From an uncultured Verrucomicrobiae bacterium (lineage in GTDB: Bacteria > Chlamydiota > Chlamydiia > Chlamydiales > Rhabdochlamydiaceae): a stretch of DNA of 64,000 nt. Shown here piece after piece: positions 39,123-49,913 of the stretch. The stretch is taken from assembly GCA_963818965.1 (NCBI GenBank), contig CAWFUG010000011.1:160001-224000 (forward strand), in the 5' to 3' direction. Both the position numbers and the translations under genes were made by a program. Under the pieces are notes generated by a model that was not told the DNA's origin, ran no database searches, and worked only from the letters and a program-made list of their open reading frames with translations. The stretch's first letter is position 1. Every line of letters starts with the position of its first letter.

Positions 39123-42068
39123 TTGGCCAAAAATTTAAAACTCAATATCAAAAACACTCAGCTCGCAGAAGCTCTAAAACTCAACCAGCTTAAAAAACCC
39201 CCTGCCAAAAAGAAAAAGGCAGCAGAAGGTCCAGAAGCTGCTCAGGAAAAAGTTCTTCCCTCTCCAGCTTTAGAGAAAGTGCCTGAAGTGGTTTCAGAAC
39301 CCACTCCGAAAGCAGCTCCAAAGCCAAGTGAGGAACCCCGTAAAGAGGAACCAGCGCCTTCGCAGCATGTCGCTAAAGCTGAAGAAGCTCCTCCTCCCAA
39401 AAAAGCTCCTCCTGAACCGACTGAGCGCAATACTGATTACGAAAGAGAGTCAAGGCCCTCCTATCCCCCCCGTCGAGAAGGAGGTTATCCTCCTAGAACA
39501 GGAAGCTCTGGAAATTATCCCCCTAGAACGGATGGCCCCAACAATTATCCTCCCAGAACCGGAGGTCCCGGAGGTTATCCCCCTAGAACGGGAGGCCCTG
39601 GCAATTATCCTCCCAGAACCGGAGGTCCGGGTGGTTATCCCCCTAGAACGGGAGGCCCCGGCAATTATCCTCCCAGAACTGGAGGTCCCGGAGGTCAAGG
39701 TGGTTACCCGCCCAGAACCGGAGGTCCGGGTGGCTATCCACCTAGAACCGGAGGTCCCGGAGGTCAAGGTGGTTACCCTCCTAGAACCGGAGGTCCAGGT
39801 GGCTATCCACCTAGAACCGGGGGTCCAGGTGGTTACCCTCCTAGAACTGGAGGCCCTGGTGGCTACCCACCCAGAACCGGAGGTCCAGGTGGCTACCCGC
39901 CCAGGACTGGAGGTCCAGGTGGTTACCCTCCTAGAACTGGAGGCCCTGGTGGCTACCCGCCTAGAACCGGAGGCCCTGGTGGTTACCCACCCAGAACCGG
40001 AGGTCCAGGTGGGTATCCGCCTAGAACCGGAGGCCCTGGTGGATATTCTCGCCCTCCTATGGGATCGTCAGACCCTTCCCGCAGTGAAAAAGGGGGAAGA
40101 GTCATCGATACTGACCGCAAAAAGCCGCTTACAAAAGACCCACGCGATACAGCGAGACCGCAGCGCAAATTCGAGCAGAAGGAATTCGATGCACGTGATC
40201 GCTTGGGGCTACGCAGCAATGATGAGCAAGGCTGGAGAAAAAAACGCTCCACTCATAAATTTAGACCCTTGCAGCAAGAAGAGATCATTCGTCCGAAATC
40301 GTTAAAAGTGCGCTTACCGATCTCCGTTAAAGATCTGGCAGCTGAAATGAAGCTCAAGGCCTCCCAACTCATCTCCAAGTTGTTCATGAAAGGAGTCATC
40401 CTGACTTTAAACGATATCTTAGACGATGAGACGACGATTCAGCTCTTGGGACACGATTTCGATTGCGAGATCACTATCGACACGACAGAAGAAGAGCGCT
40501 TGCGCATCACAGACAAGTCGATCAAGCAAGAGGTCCAAGATACAGCGCCAGAGGACCTCATCTACCGTCCTCCTGTCGTCGCCTTCATGGGCCACGTCGA
40601 CCACGGAAAGACCAGCCTCATCGATGCAATCAGAAAATCGAATGTCGCCGCAGGAGAGGCAGGCGCGATCACACAGCACATCGGCGCTTTTAAGTGCCAT
40701 ACCGATGCGGGAGATATCACCATCCTCGATACACCCGGTCACGAAGCCTTTTCTGCCATGCGTGCACGGGGAGCAGATGTCACAGACATCGTCGTCCTCG
40801 TTATCGCTGGAGATGAAGGAATCCGTCCCCAAACACTCGAGGCTATCCAACAAGCCCAAACCGCAAACGTTCCCATCGTCGTTGCGATTACCAAAAGCGA
40901 TAAACCGAATTTCAACGCAGAGAACGTCTATCGACAGCTCGCAGAACAAAGTCTTCTGCCAGAGCCATGGGGTGGCCAGACGATCACCGTCAGCTGCTCT
41001 GCCGTTTCTGGAGAAGGCTTAAAAGAGCTCCTCGAGATGCTCGCTCTACAGGCGGAAATCTTAGAGCTCAAAGCGAATCCTAAGCAAAGAGCGCGCGGCA
41101 CGGTCATCGAATCAGAGATGCATAAAGGGATGGGCGCTGTTGCGACTCTCCTCGTTCAAAACGGAATTTTACGCATCGGCGATCCGGTCGTCTTTGCGCA
41201 GAATTACGCACGAGTCAAGACAATGCAAGATGAGTTTGGGCGCGATCTATTGGAAGCGGGTCCATCGACTCCCGTCAAGATCACAGGACTCTCTGGACTT
41301 CCTGAAGCCGGTAGCGAATTCATCGTCGTCAAGAGTGATAAAGAGGCGATGGAGATCGCAGAAAAACGGATGGAAGGAAAACGCTATGCCCAACTACAGA
41401 CAAAACGGGTTGGAATGGAATCTTTCCTCGCAGAAAAATCTACAGCCGTTCAGAAGAAAATTCTCAATCTGATTTTGAGAGCAGACGTCCAAGGTTCTGT
41501 CGAAGCCTTAAAGACCTCCCTCTTAAAAATCGCAACGCAAAAAGTAGAGCTGAATATCCTCTCCGCAGCCGTCGGCGAGATTTCAGAGTCTGATGTGCAA
41601 TTGGCAAGTGCCTCTAAAGCGACGATCATCGGGTTTCACACCCAAATCGAAAGCCATGCAGAGAGCTTGATCAAACAACTGAAGATCACTGTCAAAATGC
41701 ACGACATCATCTACCACGCGGTCGATGACGTCAGAGAAATGATGAAGAACTTGCTCGATAAACTCCCGCAAGAGACAGATCTCGGCGCTGCAGAAGTGCG
41801 CATGACCTTCAAAGCCTCCCAGCTCGGCGTCATCGCAGGATGTATCGTCACTGAAGGAATCATCAAACGCAACTGCCATATCCGCCAGATCCGTGACGGC
41901 AAAATGATCTGGAAAGGCCCGATCGCTTCCCTCAAAAGGGTCAAAGAAGACGTTCGCGAAGTCTCAAAGGGATACGAGTGTGGAATCTTACTGCAAAACA
42001 ACGATGACCTAAAAGCGGAAGATATCCTCCAAGCCTTTGAAATTACTTATTTAGAACAAGAGCTATAA
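39123..42068 (+). CDS. infB: translation initiation factor IF-2
   Basis: [29 protein letters not shown]. Confidence 0.97.
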   Translation: MAKNLKLNIKNTQLAEALKLNQLKKPPAKKKKAAEGPEAAQEKVLPSPALEKVPEVVSEPTPKAAPKPSEEPRKEEPAPSQHVAKAEEAPPPKKAPPEPTERNTDYERESRPSYPPRREGGYPPRTGSSGNYPPRTDGPNNYPPRTGGPGGYPPRTGGPGNYPPRTGGPGGYPPRTGGPGNYPPRTGGPGGQGGYPPRTGGPGGYPPRTGGPGGQGGYPPRTGGPGGYPPRTGGPGGYPPRTGGPGGYPPRTGGPGGYPPRTGGPGGYPPRTGGPGGYPPRTGGPGGYPPRTGGPGGYPPRTGGPGGYSRPPMGSSDPSRSEKGGRVIDTDRKKPLTKDPRDTARPQRKFEQKEFDARDRLGLRSNDEQGWRKKRSTHKFRPLQQEEIIRPKSLKVRLPISVKDLAAEMKLKASQLISKLFMKGVILTLNDILDDETTIQLLGHDFDCEITIDTTEEERLRITDKSIKQEVQDTAPEDLIYRPPVVAFMGHVDHGKTSLIDAIRKSNVAAGEAGAITQHIGAFKCHTDAGDITILDTPGHEAFSAMRARGADVTDIVVLVIAGDEGIRPQTLEAIQQAQTANVPIVVAITKSDKPNFNAENVYRQLAEQSLLPEPWGGQTITVSCSAVSGEGLKELLEMLALQAEILELKANPKQRARGTVIESEMHKGMGAVATLLVQNGILRIGDPVVFAQNYARVKTMQDEFGRDLLEAGPSTPVKITGLSGLPEAGSEFIVVKSDKEAMEIAEKRMEGKRYAQLQTKRVGMESFLAEKSTAVQKKILNLILRADVQGSVEALKTSLLKIATQKVELNILSAAVGEISESDVQLASASKATIIGFHTQIESHAESLIKQLKITVKMHDIIYHAVDDVREMMKNLLDKLPQETDLGAAEVRMTFKASQLGVIAGCIVTEGIIKRNCHIRQIRDGKMIWKGPIASLKRVKEDVREVSKGYECGILLQNNDDLKAEDILQAFEITYLEQEL
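39462..40043 (+). repeat. 30-bp coding tandem repeat ([10 protein letters not shown]), 19 YPPR units
   Basis: Counted in both DNA and protein; synonymous variation between units. Confidence 0.95.
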
Positions 42069-42072
42069 TACT

Positions 42073-42450
42073 ATGGCAAAAAATCGCGTAGCGAGATTGA
42101 ATTCCCTCCTCAGAGAAGTTCTCTCTGAGGTCATTCGAAAAGAGGTGCGTAACCCCTTAGTCAGTGAATTTTTCACTGTCACTCAGGTCGAGATCACCCG
42201 GGATTTGCAATACGCCAAAGTCCATGTCAGCGTCATCGGAACAGAGAAACAAAAAGAAGACACCATCAAGGCCCTGCAATCGGCGGCGGGATTCATCGCT
42301 TGCCACGCCTCGAAAAAGGTCGTCATGCGCTACTTCCCCTCCCTCGATTTCAAACTCGATTCCTCTGTCGACCAGCAAATGCGCGTCGAAACTCTTCTCA
42401 GCGAGATCAAAGAAGAGAGACAATCGAGAACCACACAGACAGAGCTCTAA
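42073..42450 (+). CDS. rbfA: ribosome-binding factor A
   Basis: TVTQVEITRDLQYAKV, MRYFPSLDFKLDSS; follows infB. Confidence 0.95.
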   Translation: MAKNRVARLNSLLREVLSEVIRKEVRNPLVSEFFTVTQVEITRDLQYAKVHVSVIGTEKQKEDTIKALQSAAGFIACHASKKVVMRYFPSLDFKLDSSVDQQMRVETLLSEIKEERQSRTTQTEL

Positions 42451-42452
42451 AG

Positions 42453-43145
42453 ATGTCTCTCCTCAGAGAATCCTACTGCACTGGAATCCTGCCCATCGAC
42501 AAGCCCAGAGGGAAGACTTCCTTTAGTCTCGTCTCACTCTTGAGAAAATTGACCCATATCAAGACCATCGGGCACGCAGGCACGCTCGACCCCTTTGCAG
42601 AAGGGGTCATGATCCTCCTCATCGGCAAAGAATACACCCGCACCAGTAACACGTTCTTAAACCAAGACAAAGAGTACTCCGCAGAAGTACACCTCGGCAT
42701 CGAAACAGATAGCTTCGATACCGATGGAGTCATCGTCAAAGAGAGCCCCTACATTCCCACACTCGAAGAGATCACAGCTGCGCTCCTCAACTTCCAAGGA
42801 ACCTTCCTCCAAGTCCCTCCGATGTTTTCCGCTAAAAAAGTAGAAGGAAAAAAGCTCTACGAACTCGCGCGCAAAGGGATCACGATCGAACGAGAGCCCG
42901 TTTCCGTAACAGCCCGTACGGAATTGCTCGCATACGCCTACCCCAAACTTCAGCTAAAAGTCAGCTGCTCTAAGGGAACCTACATCCGCTCCATCGCCCA
43001 CGAGCTCGGCATCCACTTAGGTTGCGGTGCCCATCTCTCCGCCCTTACCCGCACGCGCAGCGGCACGTTCACTCTGGACCAGTGCTGCAATGGCACTCTC
43101 TTGGGCGACCCGAATTACCCCTGGATGCAGTACCTTCAGACTTAA
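42453..43145 (+). CDS. truB: tRNA pseudouridine-55 synthase
   Basis: IDKPRGKTS, GHAGTLDP, VPPMFSA, CSKGTYIRS. Confidence 0.95.
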   Translation: MSLLRESYCTGILPIDKPRGKTSFSLVSLLRKLTHIKTIGHAGTLDPFAEGVMILLIGKEYTRTSNTFLNQDKEYSAEVHLGIETDSFDTDGVIVKESPYIPTLEEITAALLNFQGTFLQVPPMFSAKKVEGKKLYELARKGITIEREPVSVTARTELLAYAYPKLQLKVSCSKGTYIRSIAHELGIHLGCGAHLSALTRTRSGTFTLDQCCNGTLLGDPNYPWMQYLQT

Positions 43146-43217
43146 ATTTCCTACCATAAAGAAAAAAATTCACAAATTAATCATACCCCGCGCGCTTGGT
43201 TAAATAAATTTTTACAA

Positions 43218-43247
43218 TTGCCACTTTTGCCACAATAACATTATAAT
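43218..43247 (+). promoter_or_regulatory. possible sigma66 promoter of the downstream effector-like gene
   Basis: TTGCCA-N18-TATAAT in AT-rich DNA. Confidence 0.45.
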
Positions 43248-43271
43248 ATCATTAAATTAATTAACAATGGC

Positions 43272-45314
43272 ATGAAAATGAGCCTTTATTTCACACCTTC
43301 TTCTGGAAACGGTACTACTGTTTATTTTACTCTAGGTCAGGTTAAACAGATCTACAAAGATCTGGACATGAAGAGCGCTCGTTGTTTCTCTCAAGTTAAC
43401 AGAACCCTGCAGGAGATTTACTTATCTGATGATCTGCAAAGAGACTTGATCGTCTGTCATTTCCAATGGCCTCTGATCCCGTCCCTGTCTTTCCAAGAGC
43501 AGTACCGGCGTCTTTTTTTATCCCGTATGCCCCATGCCTCTCCTATCCTAGAGCGCGCTTTAGAATTAAAAGAAGGGGGATATCTACACGAAACCGGACA
43601 AGAAGACGGGATTTTTAAAATAAATTCTTTGGGAACAGTCGTTGCGATAGAAAGCGAGGAATCTTCATTCATCTGCCATCTCAACACCGGAAAAGTCATT
43701 AAAACAGACAACATAGGGCAACAACATCCCATCTCTAGACTCAAAATCGACCGTGAAGGAAAGGGTATTTACAAATACTCTCGCGAAGAAAAGGGTATTT
43801 TATCCTATTATGACTCTACCACTGGAGAGTGTGAGCGGCGGTTAAATCTAATAGATGCCGACTTCCCTTACGTATTCGCAGTAAGAGTTAATCCTGAAGC
43901 GAGGACGATCTTTTCTGTTCATTCGAGTCGAGAGCCTGAAAAGACGAGAGGACCTCTCGATCCCAAGACTTGTCGCTATTTAGCAGAAATAAGTCGTCTA
44001 TGGGATCTCGATACGGGAGCAATTATCCACACCTTCGATCATAGAAAAGAGCCCCTACGTTGGTTTAAAATGCTCCCGGATGGAACTCAATTCCTATCTG
44101 GTTCAATCAAACCATCTGAGATGGCGGACGAGGAACCTAAAGCATCTGATAATTGGTACATCAGACTTTGGAATTTTAACACTAAGACATCGATCCCTAT
44201 AGATACAGCAATCAAAGTTCACCCGAACGACTATAACATAGACATGTCGCTCTCTGGGGATGGTCGTAAAGCTCTTTTCGATCGTGGTGAAGCTCCGTCG
44301 CAATACTGTAGCTTACTCGATGGTGGGATTATTGCCGAGATAGACGGCTGGGATGCGCTAGGGGATGCGCTAAGGGGGAAATGTGGGGAATATGTGGGTA
44401 AACCTTTTCTTAACCATGAAGGAACTAGAGCCTTTGATAATATCTTAGAGGAAGAAAACAACGAGTGGTTTGCGATCTGGGACCCTACGACAGGGACACC
44501 TCTTGCTCAAATTTCACTGCAAAATGATACAGTCGATTTAGCAATAGAGCCAGATGAAAGGAAACTAGTGTGTTTAACTTCGTTCGACTCTAGTGAGGAA
44601 TCTAAATCGCGTATAGGGATTCAGATATTCGATCTTTCCGCTTCCTTTCCATCTTCCTTTCCATCGGTTTTTTTACCAGAAAGCCGTCCACCGACAAGCA
44701 GCCTCGGATTTCTGAAAATAAATCCCCTGAGCTTGCGCTATGTTACATTGCATAACGACCTGAAGGTATGGAATAGCGCGCCCCTGGTCCATGAACGGAT
44801 CGCTGATGTGGCGGCGTATTGGCTTTGTGGCTCTGCGCACCGAGAAACGGTATTCGATCGTCTACCCGCCTCTGTTAAAGAGTTCGTCGATCGTTTTCCC
44901 GAAGAAAATACCACCGATGTAATCTCGAAACGCTATCAAGGCCTCATGCGCTACCTAGAAGAAAAGTGTGTACCCGAAATTGTGGACCTCTTAGATAAAG
45001 CAGTGATAGCTTCTGAGAATCAGCAAGAAGAAGAAGCCGCTATTTACCGGGAACAAGCGCTCCGATGGATCGAGAACACGGCTCTTGAAGAAGAATTTAA
45101 GATGTTGGTTCAGAACATCTGTACTTCTAGGGTAGAAAATTTGATCGCCGAGGGGACAAATTTTAGACAGATCGCTCTTGCTTATAAAACTTGGAAGCTG
45201 GTCGTGCCTCCCGGCTCAAATGGCGCTCAAAAAAGAAAGCTTCCAGAGATCCTTTCAGAACAAGAGGCGAATAAACGGCGGCATTTCGATGGAGATGCAG
45301 GATCGGTAGGATAG
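43272..45314 (+). CDS. candidate effector: F-box-like motif + WD40-like propeller + C-terminal bipartite NLS (paralog 1)
   Basis: LDMKSARCFSQVNRTLQEI..DDL; RLWDLDTG, RLWNFNT, AIWDPTTG; KRKLPEILSEQEANKRRH. Confidence 0.65.
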   Translation: MKMSLYFTPSSGNGTTVYFTLGQVKQIYKDLDMKSARCFSQVNRTLQEIYLSDDLQRDLIVCHFQWPLIPSLSFQEQYRRLFLSRMPHASPILERALELKEGGYLHETGQEDGIFKINSLGTVVAIESEESSFICHLNTGKVIKTDNIGQQHPISRLKIDREGKGIYKYSREEKGILSYYDSTTGECERRLNLIDADFPYVFAVRVNPEARTIFSVHSSREPEKTRGPLDPKTCRYLAEISRLWDLDTGAIIHTFDHRKEPLRWFKMLPDGTQFLSGSIKPSEMADEEPKASDNWYIRLWNFNTKTSIPIDTAIKVHPNDYNIDMSLSGDGRKALFDRGEAPSQYCSLLDGGIIAEIDGWDALGDALRGKCGEYVGKPFLNHEGTRAFDNILEEENNEWFAIWDPTTGTPLAQISLQNDTVDLAIEPDERKLVCLTSFDSSEESKSRIGIQIFDLSASFPSSFPSVFLPESRPPTSSLGFLKINPLSLRYVTLHNDLKVWNSAPLVHERIADVAAYWLCGSAHRETVFDRLPASVKEFVDRFPEENTTDVISKRYQGLMRYLEEKCVPEIVDLLDKAVIASENQQEEEAAIYREQALRWIENTALEEEFKMLVQNICTSRVENLIAEGTNFRQIALAYKTWKLVVPPGSNGAQKRKLPEILSEQEANKRRHFDGDAGSVG

Positions 45315-45324
45315 CAGACAGAGA

Positions 45325-45379
45325 GACATTTCCCCTTATAAACAGTGTCAAAACCCCCTAGTATCTTTTATCTAAAGAC
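45325..45379 (+). repeat. degenerate copy of the ribF promoter/leader (duplication scar)
   Basis: TTCCCCTTATAAACAGTGTCAAAACCCC and CTAGTATCTTTTATCTAAAGAC match 47848-47912. Confidence 0.7.
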
Positions 45380-45477
45380 CTTTATACCCAACTTTTGAAC
45401 TCACTTGGAGGCGTTGTTGTGTAATTCATGAGGACCTAATCTAGCTCCCCATCATTCCATTCTGAATATATGCAATC

Positions 45478-45539
45478 TCACCACAGAGAGGAAATTCATA
45501 TTAAAAAATTTCCTCTCTGTGGTTTTCCATATCTGTGGT
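45478..45539. repeat. REP-like palindrome family C
   Basis: ACCACAGAGAGGAAATT..AATTTCCTCTCTGTGGT TTTCCATATCTGTGGT, as at 59928-60005. Confidence 0.75.
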
Positions 45540-45684
45540 CAGATTTGGATATATTGAGGTGGAAGCGGTATAGAATCGAAACAACCTGAAGAACCGCAAT
45601 GCTTACTTAATTAGATAATTTTTTATACTGTTTTTTTTATTGTAATTATGTTATAATTACACTAATTTTAACAGGAGTCTCAAA

Positions 45685-47767
45685 ATGTTTCTTTCTCTCA
45701 TGTCCGCCTCTGGCGGTGATGTTACTGTTTTTTTTTAATGCAGATAACATTAAACAAACCTACAGGGAGCTCGGCAGGAAGAGTGCTCATTGTTTCTCTC
45801 AGGTTAACAGCATCCTGCAGGAAATTTACTTATCTACCGATCTACAAAGAGACTTGATTTCCTATCATTTCCAATGGCCTCTAATTGCTTCGATGTCTCC
45901 CCAAGAGCAGTACCGGCGTCTTTTTTTATCCCGCATGCCCCATGCCTCTCCTATCCTAGAACGCACTTTAGAATTAAAAAAAGGGGGATATCTACACGAA
46001 AACGGGATTTTTAAAATAAATTCTTTGGGAACGATCGTCGCGATAGAAAGCGAGGAATCTTCATTCATCTGCCATCTCAACACCGGAAAAGTGATTAAAA
46101 CAGACAAGATAGACGAACAACAGCTCATCACCCATCCCATCACTAGACTCAAAATCGACCGTGAAGGAAAGTGGATTTACAAACAATCTCCCGAAAAAAC
46201 AGACGAGATAGACGAACAACAGCCCATCACCCATCCCATCACTAGACTCAAAATCGACTGTGAAGGAAAGTGGATTTACAAACAATCTCCCGAAAAAAAG
46301 GGTATTTTATCCTATTATAATTCTACCACTGGAAAGTGTGAGAGGCAGTTAAATCTAATAGATAATGAATATCCTTATTTACTCGCAGTAAGAGTTCATC
46401 CTGAAACGATGACGATCTTTTCTATTCATTCGAGTCGAGCACCTGAGAATACAGGAGAACCTCTCGATCGCAATCATCGCTATTTCGGAGAAATAAGCCG
46501 TCTATGGAATCTCGATACAGGAGCAATTATCCACACCTTCGATCATAGCGAAGAGCCTCTGAGTTGGTTTAAAATGCTCCCGGATGGGACTCAGTTCCTA
46601 TCTGGTTCAATCCGCCCAGCTCAAAAGATAGACAGTGAGGAATCTGATGGACCCGATTTTTGGAAGATAAAGCTTTGGAATTTTAACACTAAGGAGTTCT
46701 TATATACAGGCGCATTAGTCGAAGTCACATCGGACGACTATAAGGTAATCATGTCGCTTTCTGGGGATGGTAGTAAAGCTCTTTTCTGTCGTGATGCAGA
46801 TACTTGGGACTACTGTAACTTACTTAATGGTGATCTTATCCACGAGATAGGCAACTGGAATAAGCTGTGGGAGAAACCGTTAGATTATCTAGAGGAGACC
46901 CCCCTTCTCAACCACGATGGAACTAGAGCCTTCCATGAGGTCCTAGATGAGGAAAAGAACGAGTGGGTTGCGATCTGGGACCCTACGACAGGGACACCTC
47001 TCGGTCAAGTCCCACTGAAAGATAATACAGTCGATTTAGCAATAGAGCCAGATGAAAGGAAACTAGTGTGTTTAACTACGTTCGACTCTAGTCGGGAATG
47101 TGAGTCGCGTAAAGGGATTCAAATATTCGATCTTTCCGCTTCCTTTCCATCGGTTTTTTTACCAGAAAGCAGTCCACCGAGAATGAGCTACGGGCATCTC
47201 AAAGTAAATCCCCTCAGCTTGCGCTATGTTACATTGAACAACGACCTGAAGGTCTGGAATAGCGCGCCCCTGGTCCATGAACGGATCGCTGATGTGGCGG
47301 CGCGTTGGCTTTGTAGCTCAGAGTACCGAGAAACTGTGTTCGATCGTCTGCCTTCCTCTGTTAGAGAGTTCGTCGATTGTTTTCCCGAAGAAAATACCAC
47401 CGATGAAACCTCAAAACGCTATCAAGGCCTCATGCGCTACCTAGAAGAAAAGTGTGTACCCGAAATCGTGGAGCTCTTAGACAAATCAGTAACAGCTTCT
47501 GAGAATCAGCAAGAAGAAGAAGCCGCTATTTACCGGGAACAAGCCCTCCGATGGATCGAGAATACGGCTCTTAAAGAGAAATTTAAACTTTTAGTTCTGA
47601 AAGCCTGTACTTCTGGCTCTCAAAAGCTCACTCATCCTTTCAAAATCATGCAGCTCATCCTCGATCCCGCTACGCACATCTCTCAAAAAAGGAAACTTCC
47701 AGAATCTGCCTCAGAGGAAGGGTCAAATAAACGGCAGCATTTGGATGATGTTACATCATCCAAATGA
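45685..47767 (+). CDS. candidate effector paralog 2 (F-box-like/WD40/NLS); +1 frameshift in T9 at 45728-45736
   Basis: Highly similar to 43272-45314; ATG 45685 with AGGAG RBS is in frame if the run is T8; KRKLPESASEEGSNKRQH. Confidence 0.65.
46097..46294 (+). repeat. 99-bp in-frame tandem duplication (33 aa x2)
   Basis: KTD(K/E)IDEQQ(L/P)ITHPITRLKID(R/C)EGKWIYKQSPE twice. Confidence 0.92.
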
Positions 47768-47768
47768 T

Positions 47769-47827
47769 TATACTGAAAGTGACTCAAAATTTGTCCTGCC
47801 GACAAATTTTGAGTCACTTTCGGTTAT
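47769..47827. repeat. short palindrome related to MITE family A ends; may also act as terminator
   Basis: GAAAGTGACTCAAAATTTGTC-CTGCC-GACAAATTTTGAGTCACTTTC; shares TATAC..GTGACTCAAAA with 5270. Confidence 0.7.
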
Positions 47828-47853
47828 CCATTCCTCGTGAGCGATATTTCCCC

Positions 47854-47882
47854 TTGTAAACAGCGTAAAAATCCCCTATGCT
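47854..47882 (+). promoter_or_regulatory. sigma66-type promoter of ribF
   Basis: TTGTAA-N17-TATGCT; nearly identical to the ychF promoter. Confidence 0.65.
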
Positions 47883-47912
47883 CTGGAGCCTAGTATCTTT
47901 TTCTCTAAAGAC

Positions 47913-48695
47913 ATGACTCTCATCACAAGCTTAGAAGCGATTCCTCTCATCGAGCAACCCTGTGGACTGAGCATCGGCACCTTCGACGGTGTCCACTTGG
48001 GCCACCAAGCTCTATTGCGTTACTTGAGAGTACACCTTCCCTCTCCGGCTCCTCTCATCGTCTTTACATTTGCAAACCACCCCTCGACTCTTTTTTCTCC
48101 CCACTCCCCTACTTCACTCATCTATCCCAAGAAAAAAAGAGCAGAACTCCTCTTCTCTTGCGGCGCCGACTACGTCATCATGCCTCCCTTTACAAAGGCC
48201 CTCGCCGAGCTCTCCTATGAGGAATTTTTGGACCTTCTGCGAGAGAAGTTTCCTCGCTTTCATCTCGTGTTAGGGGAAGGCGCGACCTTTGGCAAAGGAC
48301 GGGAAGGGAATGAATCTCGCGTCAAAGAGAGCGCACAAAAGAAGAACTTCACGGTAGAATACCTCCCCAAAACCCTTTTCGGCCCTCAGCCGATTTCTTC
48401 CGGCCGCATCCGTATCGCTATTAAGTCGGGCTATTTCGAAGAAGCGAGTTCCTGCCTGGGAAGACCTTATGGACTGTATGGGAGAGTTGTAGATGAGAAG
48501 GAGGGTTTGCTTTTTGTCGTGGATAAAGAGATCTGCCTGCCCCCTGAGGGGATCTATCCTGCAGAGATCAAAACGGATTCCGCTATTGAGTCTGTCCGCG
48601 TACACATTGCCCCTGAACGACGTGGCATAACTCTCGAGCCGCTAGGGAGTGGGGGTCTTTTGTGCCCTGCTGGGGAAGCGGAGTTAATTTTTTAG
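47913..48695 (+). CDS. ribF: RibF-like FAD synthetase with a short, degenerate riboflavin-kinase domain
   Basis: IGTFDGVHLGHQ, ISSGRIR, LGRPY; no GFPTAN motif. Confidence 0.8.
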   Translation: MTLITSLEAIPLIEQPCGLSIGTFDGVHLGHQALLRYLRVHLPSPAPLIVFTFANHPSTLFSPHSPTSLIYPKKKRAELLFSCGADYVIMPPFTKALAELSYEEFLDLLREKFPRFHLVLGEGATFGKGREGNESRVKESAQKKNFTVEYLPKTLFGPQPISSGRIRIAIKSGYFEEASSCLGRPYGLYGRVVDEKEGLLFVVDKEICLPPEGIYPAEIKTDSAIESVRVHIAPERRGITLEPLGSGGLLCPAGEAELIF

Positions 48696-48753
48696 TGTGC
48701 ATTAAATTATTTTACTCCACTAGAGCCTCTCTACAATTTCTTAGACATTCCCC

Positions 48754-48782
48754 TTGTAAACAGTGTAAAAATCCCCTATACT
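48754..48782 (+). promoter_or_regulatory. sigma66-type promoter of ychF
   Basis: TTGTAA-N17-TATACT. Confidence 0.7.
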
Positions 48783-48810
48783 TGACACCAAAAAAAGGGA
48801 TTATAGATCT

Positions 48811-49905
48811 ATGGCTGGATTCTCTTGTGGCATCGTCGGGCTTCCCAATGTGGGAAAGTCGACTCTATTTAACGCGCTGACCCGAAAAGGAGCTCCAGCG
48901 GCGAACTACCCCTTTTGCACGATCGATCCGAATGCAGGCACCGTCGAGGTACCCGATCCTCGCTTGGCCATTCTCTCGAAGATCTCTAAAAGTCACAAGA
49001 TCATCCCCGCTGCAGTCACCTTCGTCGACATCGCAGGGCTTGTAGAAGGCGCCTCTAAGGGAGAAGGTCTCGGCAACCAGTTCTTGACCAACATCAGAGA
49101 GACCGATGCGATCGTGCACGTCGTACGCTGTTTTGACGATGACGACGTCATCCACGTCGCAGGTAAAGTCAATCCGATAGACGATATCGAGATCATCAAC
49201 ACAGAGCTCGTCCTCTCTGATCTTCAGATGGCAGAGAATATCCTCCAGCGCCTCGAAAAACAGGCAAAGAGTAAGAAAGAACTAGTCCCGACAGTGGAAG
49301 TATTGAAAAAAGCAGCGGCTCACCTCAATGAAAACCGTTCGCTGCGCACTCTTGCTCTGACAGAGGAAGAGAGAATTCTCATCGGAGCTTATCCCTTTTT
49401 AACCGATAAAAAAGTGCTCTACGTCTGCAACGTCGCAGAAAAAGATCTTCCCCAAATGGAAAACCCTTACGTCGCACAAGTGCGCGCCTATGCAGAAAAA
49501 GAGGGCAATCAGATCATCTCGATCTGTGCGAAACTCGAGGAGGAAGTCTCTCAATTGAGCGATGCGGAAGCGACTGAATTCTTAAAAGAACTCGGCCTCC
49601 AAGAGACGGGACTCAACCGCCTCATCAAAGCGGCTTTTGAGATGCTCGGCCTCATCACCTATATCACGACAGGAGAAATCGAAACGCGCGCCTGGACGAT
49701 CGAGCGCGGCACAAAAGCTCCTGAAGCTGCTGGAAAGATCCACACAGATCTGCAGAAGGGATTCATCCGCGCCGAGGTCGTCTCTTTCGCCGACATGGTC
49801 ACATATGATGGAAGAGCAGGAGCGAGAGATGTGGGTAAAGCGCGCTCTGAAGGAAAGGAGTACATCGTCCAGGACGGAGATGTCGTCCTCTTCTTCCACA
49901 ATTAA
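48811..49905 (+). CDS. ychF: redox-regulated ATPase YchF
   Basis: [42 protein letters not shown]. Confidence 0.97.
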   Translation: MAGFSCGIVGLPNVGKSTLFNALTRKGAPAANYPFCTIDPNAGTVEVPDPRLAILSKISKSHKIIPAAVTFVDIAGLVEGASKGEGLGNQFLTNIRETDAIVHVVRCFDDDDVIHVAGKVNPIDDIEIINTELVLSDLQMAENILQRLEKQAKSKKELVPTVEVLKKAAAHLNENRSLRTLALTEEERILIGAYPFLTDKKVLYVCNVAEKDLPQMENPYVAQVRAYAEKEGNQIISICAKLEEEVSQLSDAEATEFLKELGLQETGLNRLIKAAFEMLGLITYITTGEIETRAWTIERGTKAPEAAGKIHTDLQKGFIRAEVVSFADMVTYDGRAGARDVGKARSEGKEYIVQDGDVVLFFHN

Positions 49906-49913
49906 GGTATCCC

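Noticed and set aside
39462..40043. CRISPR-like periodic repeat
   Set aside because: Contiguous 30-bp coding units with no unique spacers, in frame within infB; no cas genes in the window.
39328..40305. 325-aa alternative-frame ORF (LEPEV repeats)
   Set aside because: Shadow of the infB repeat tract.
42300..42452. Long truB N-terminus from the ORF track
   Set aside because: Overlaps rbfA; ATG 42453 right after the rbfA stop fits better.
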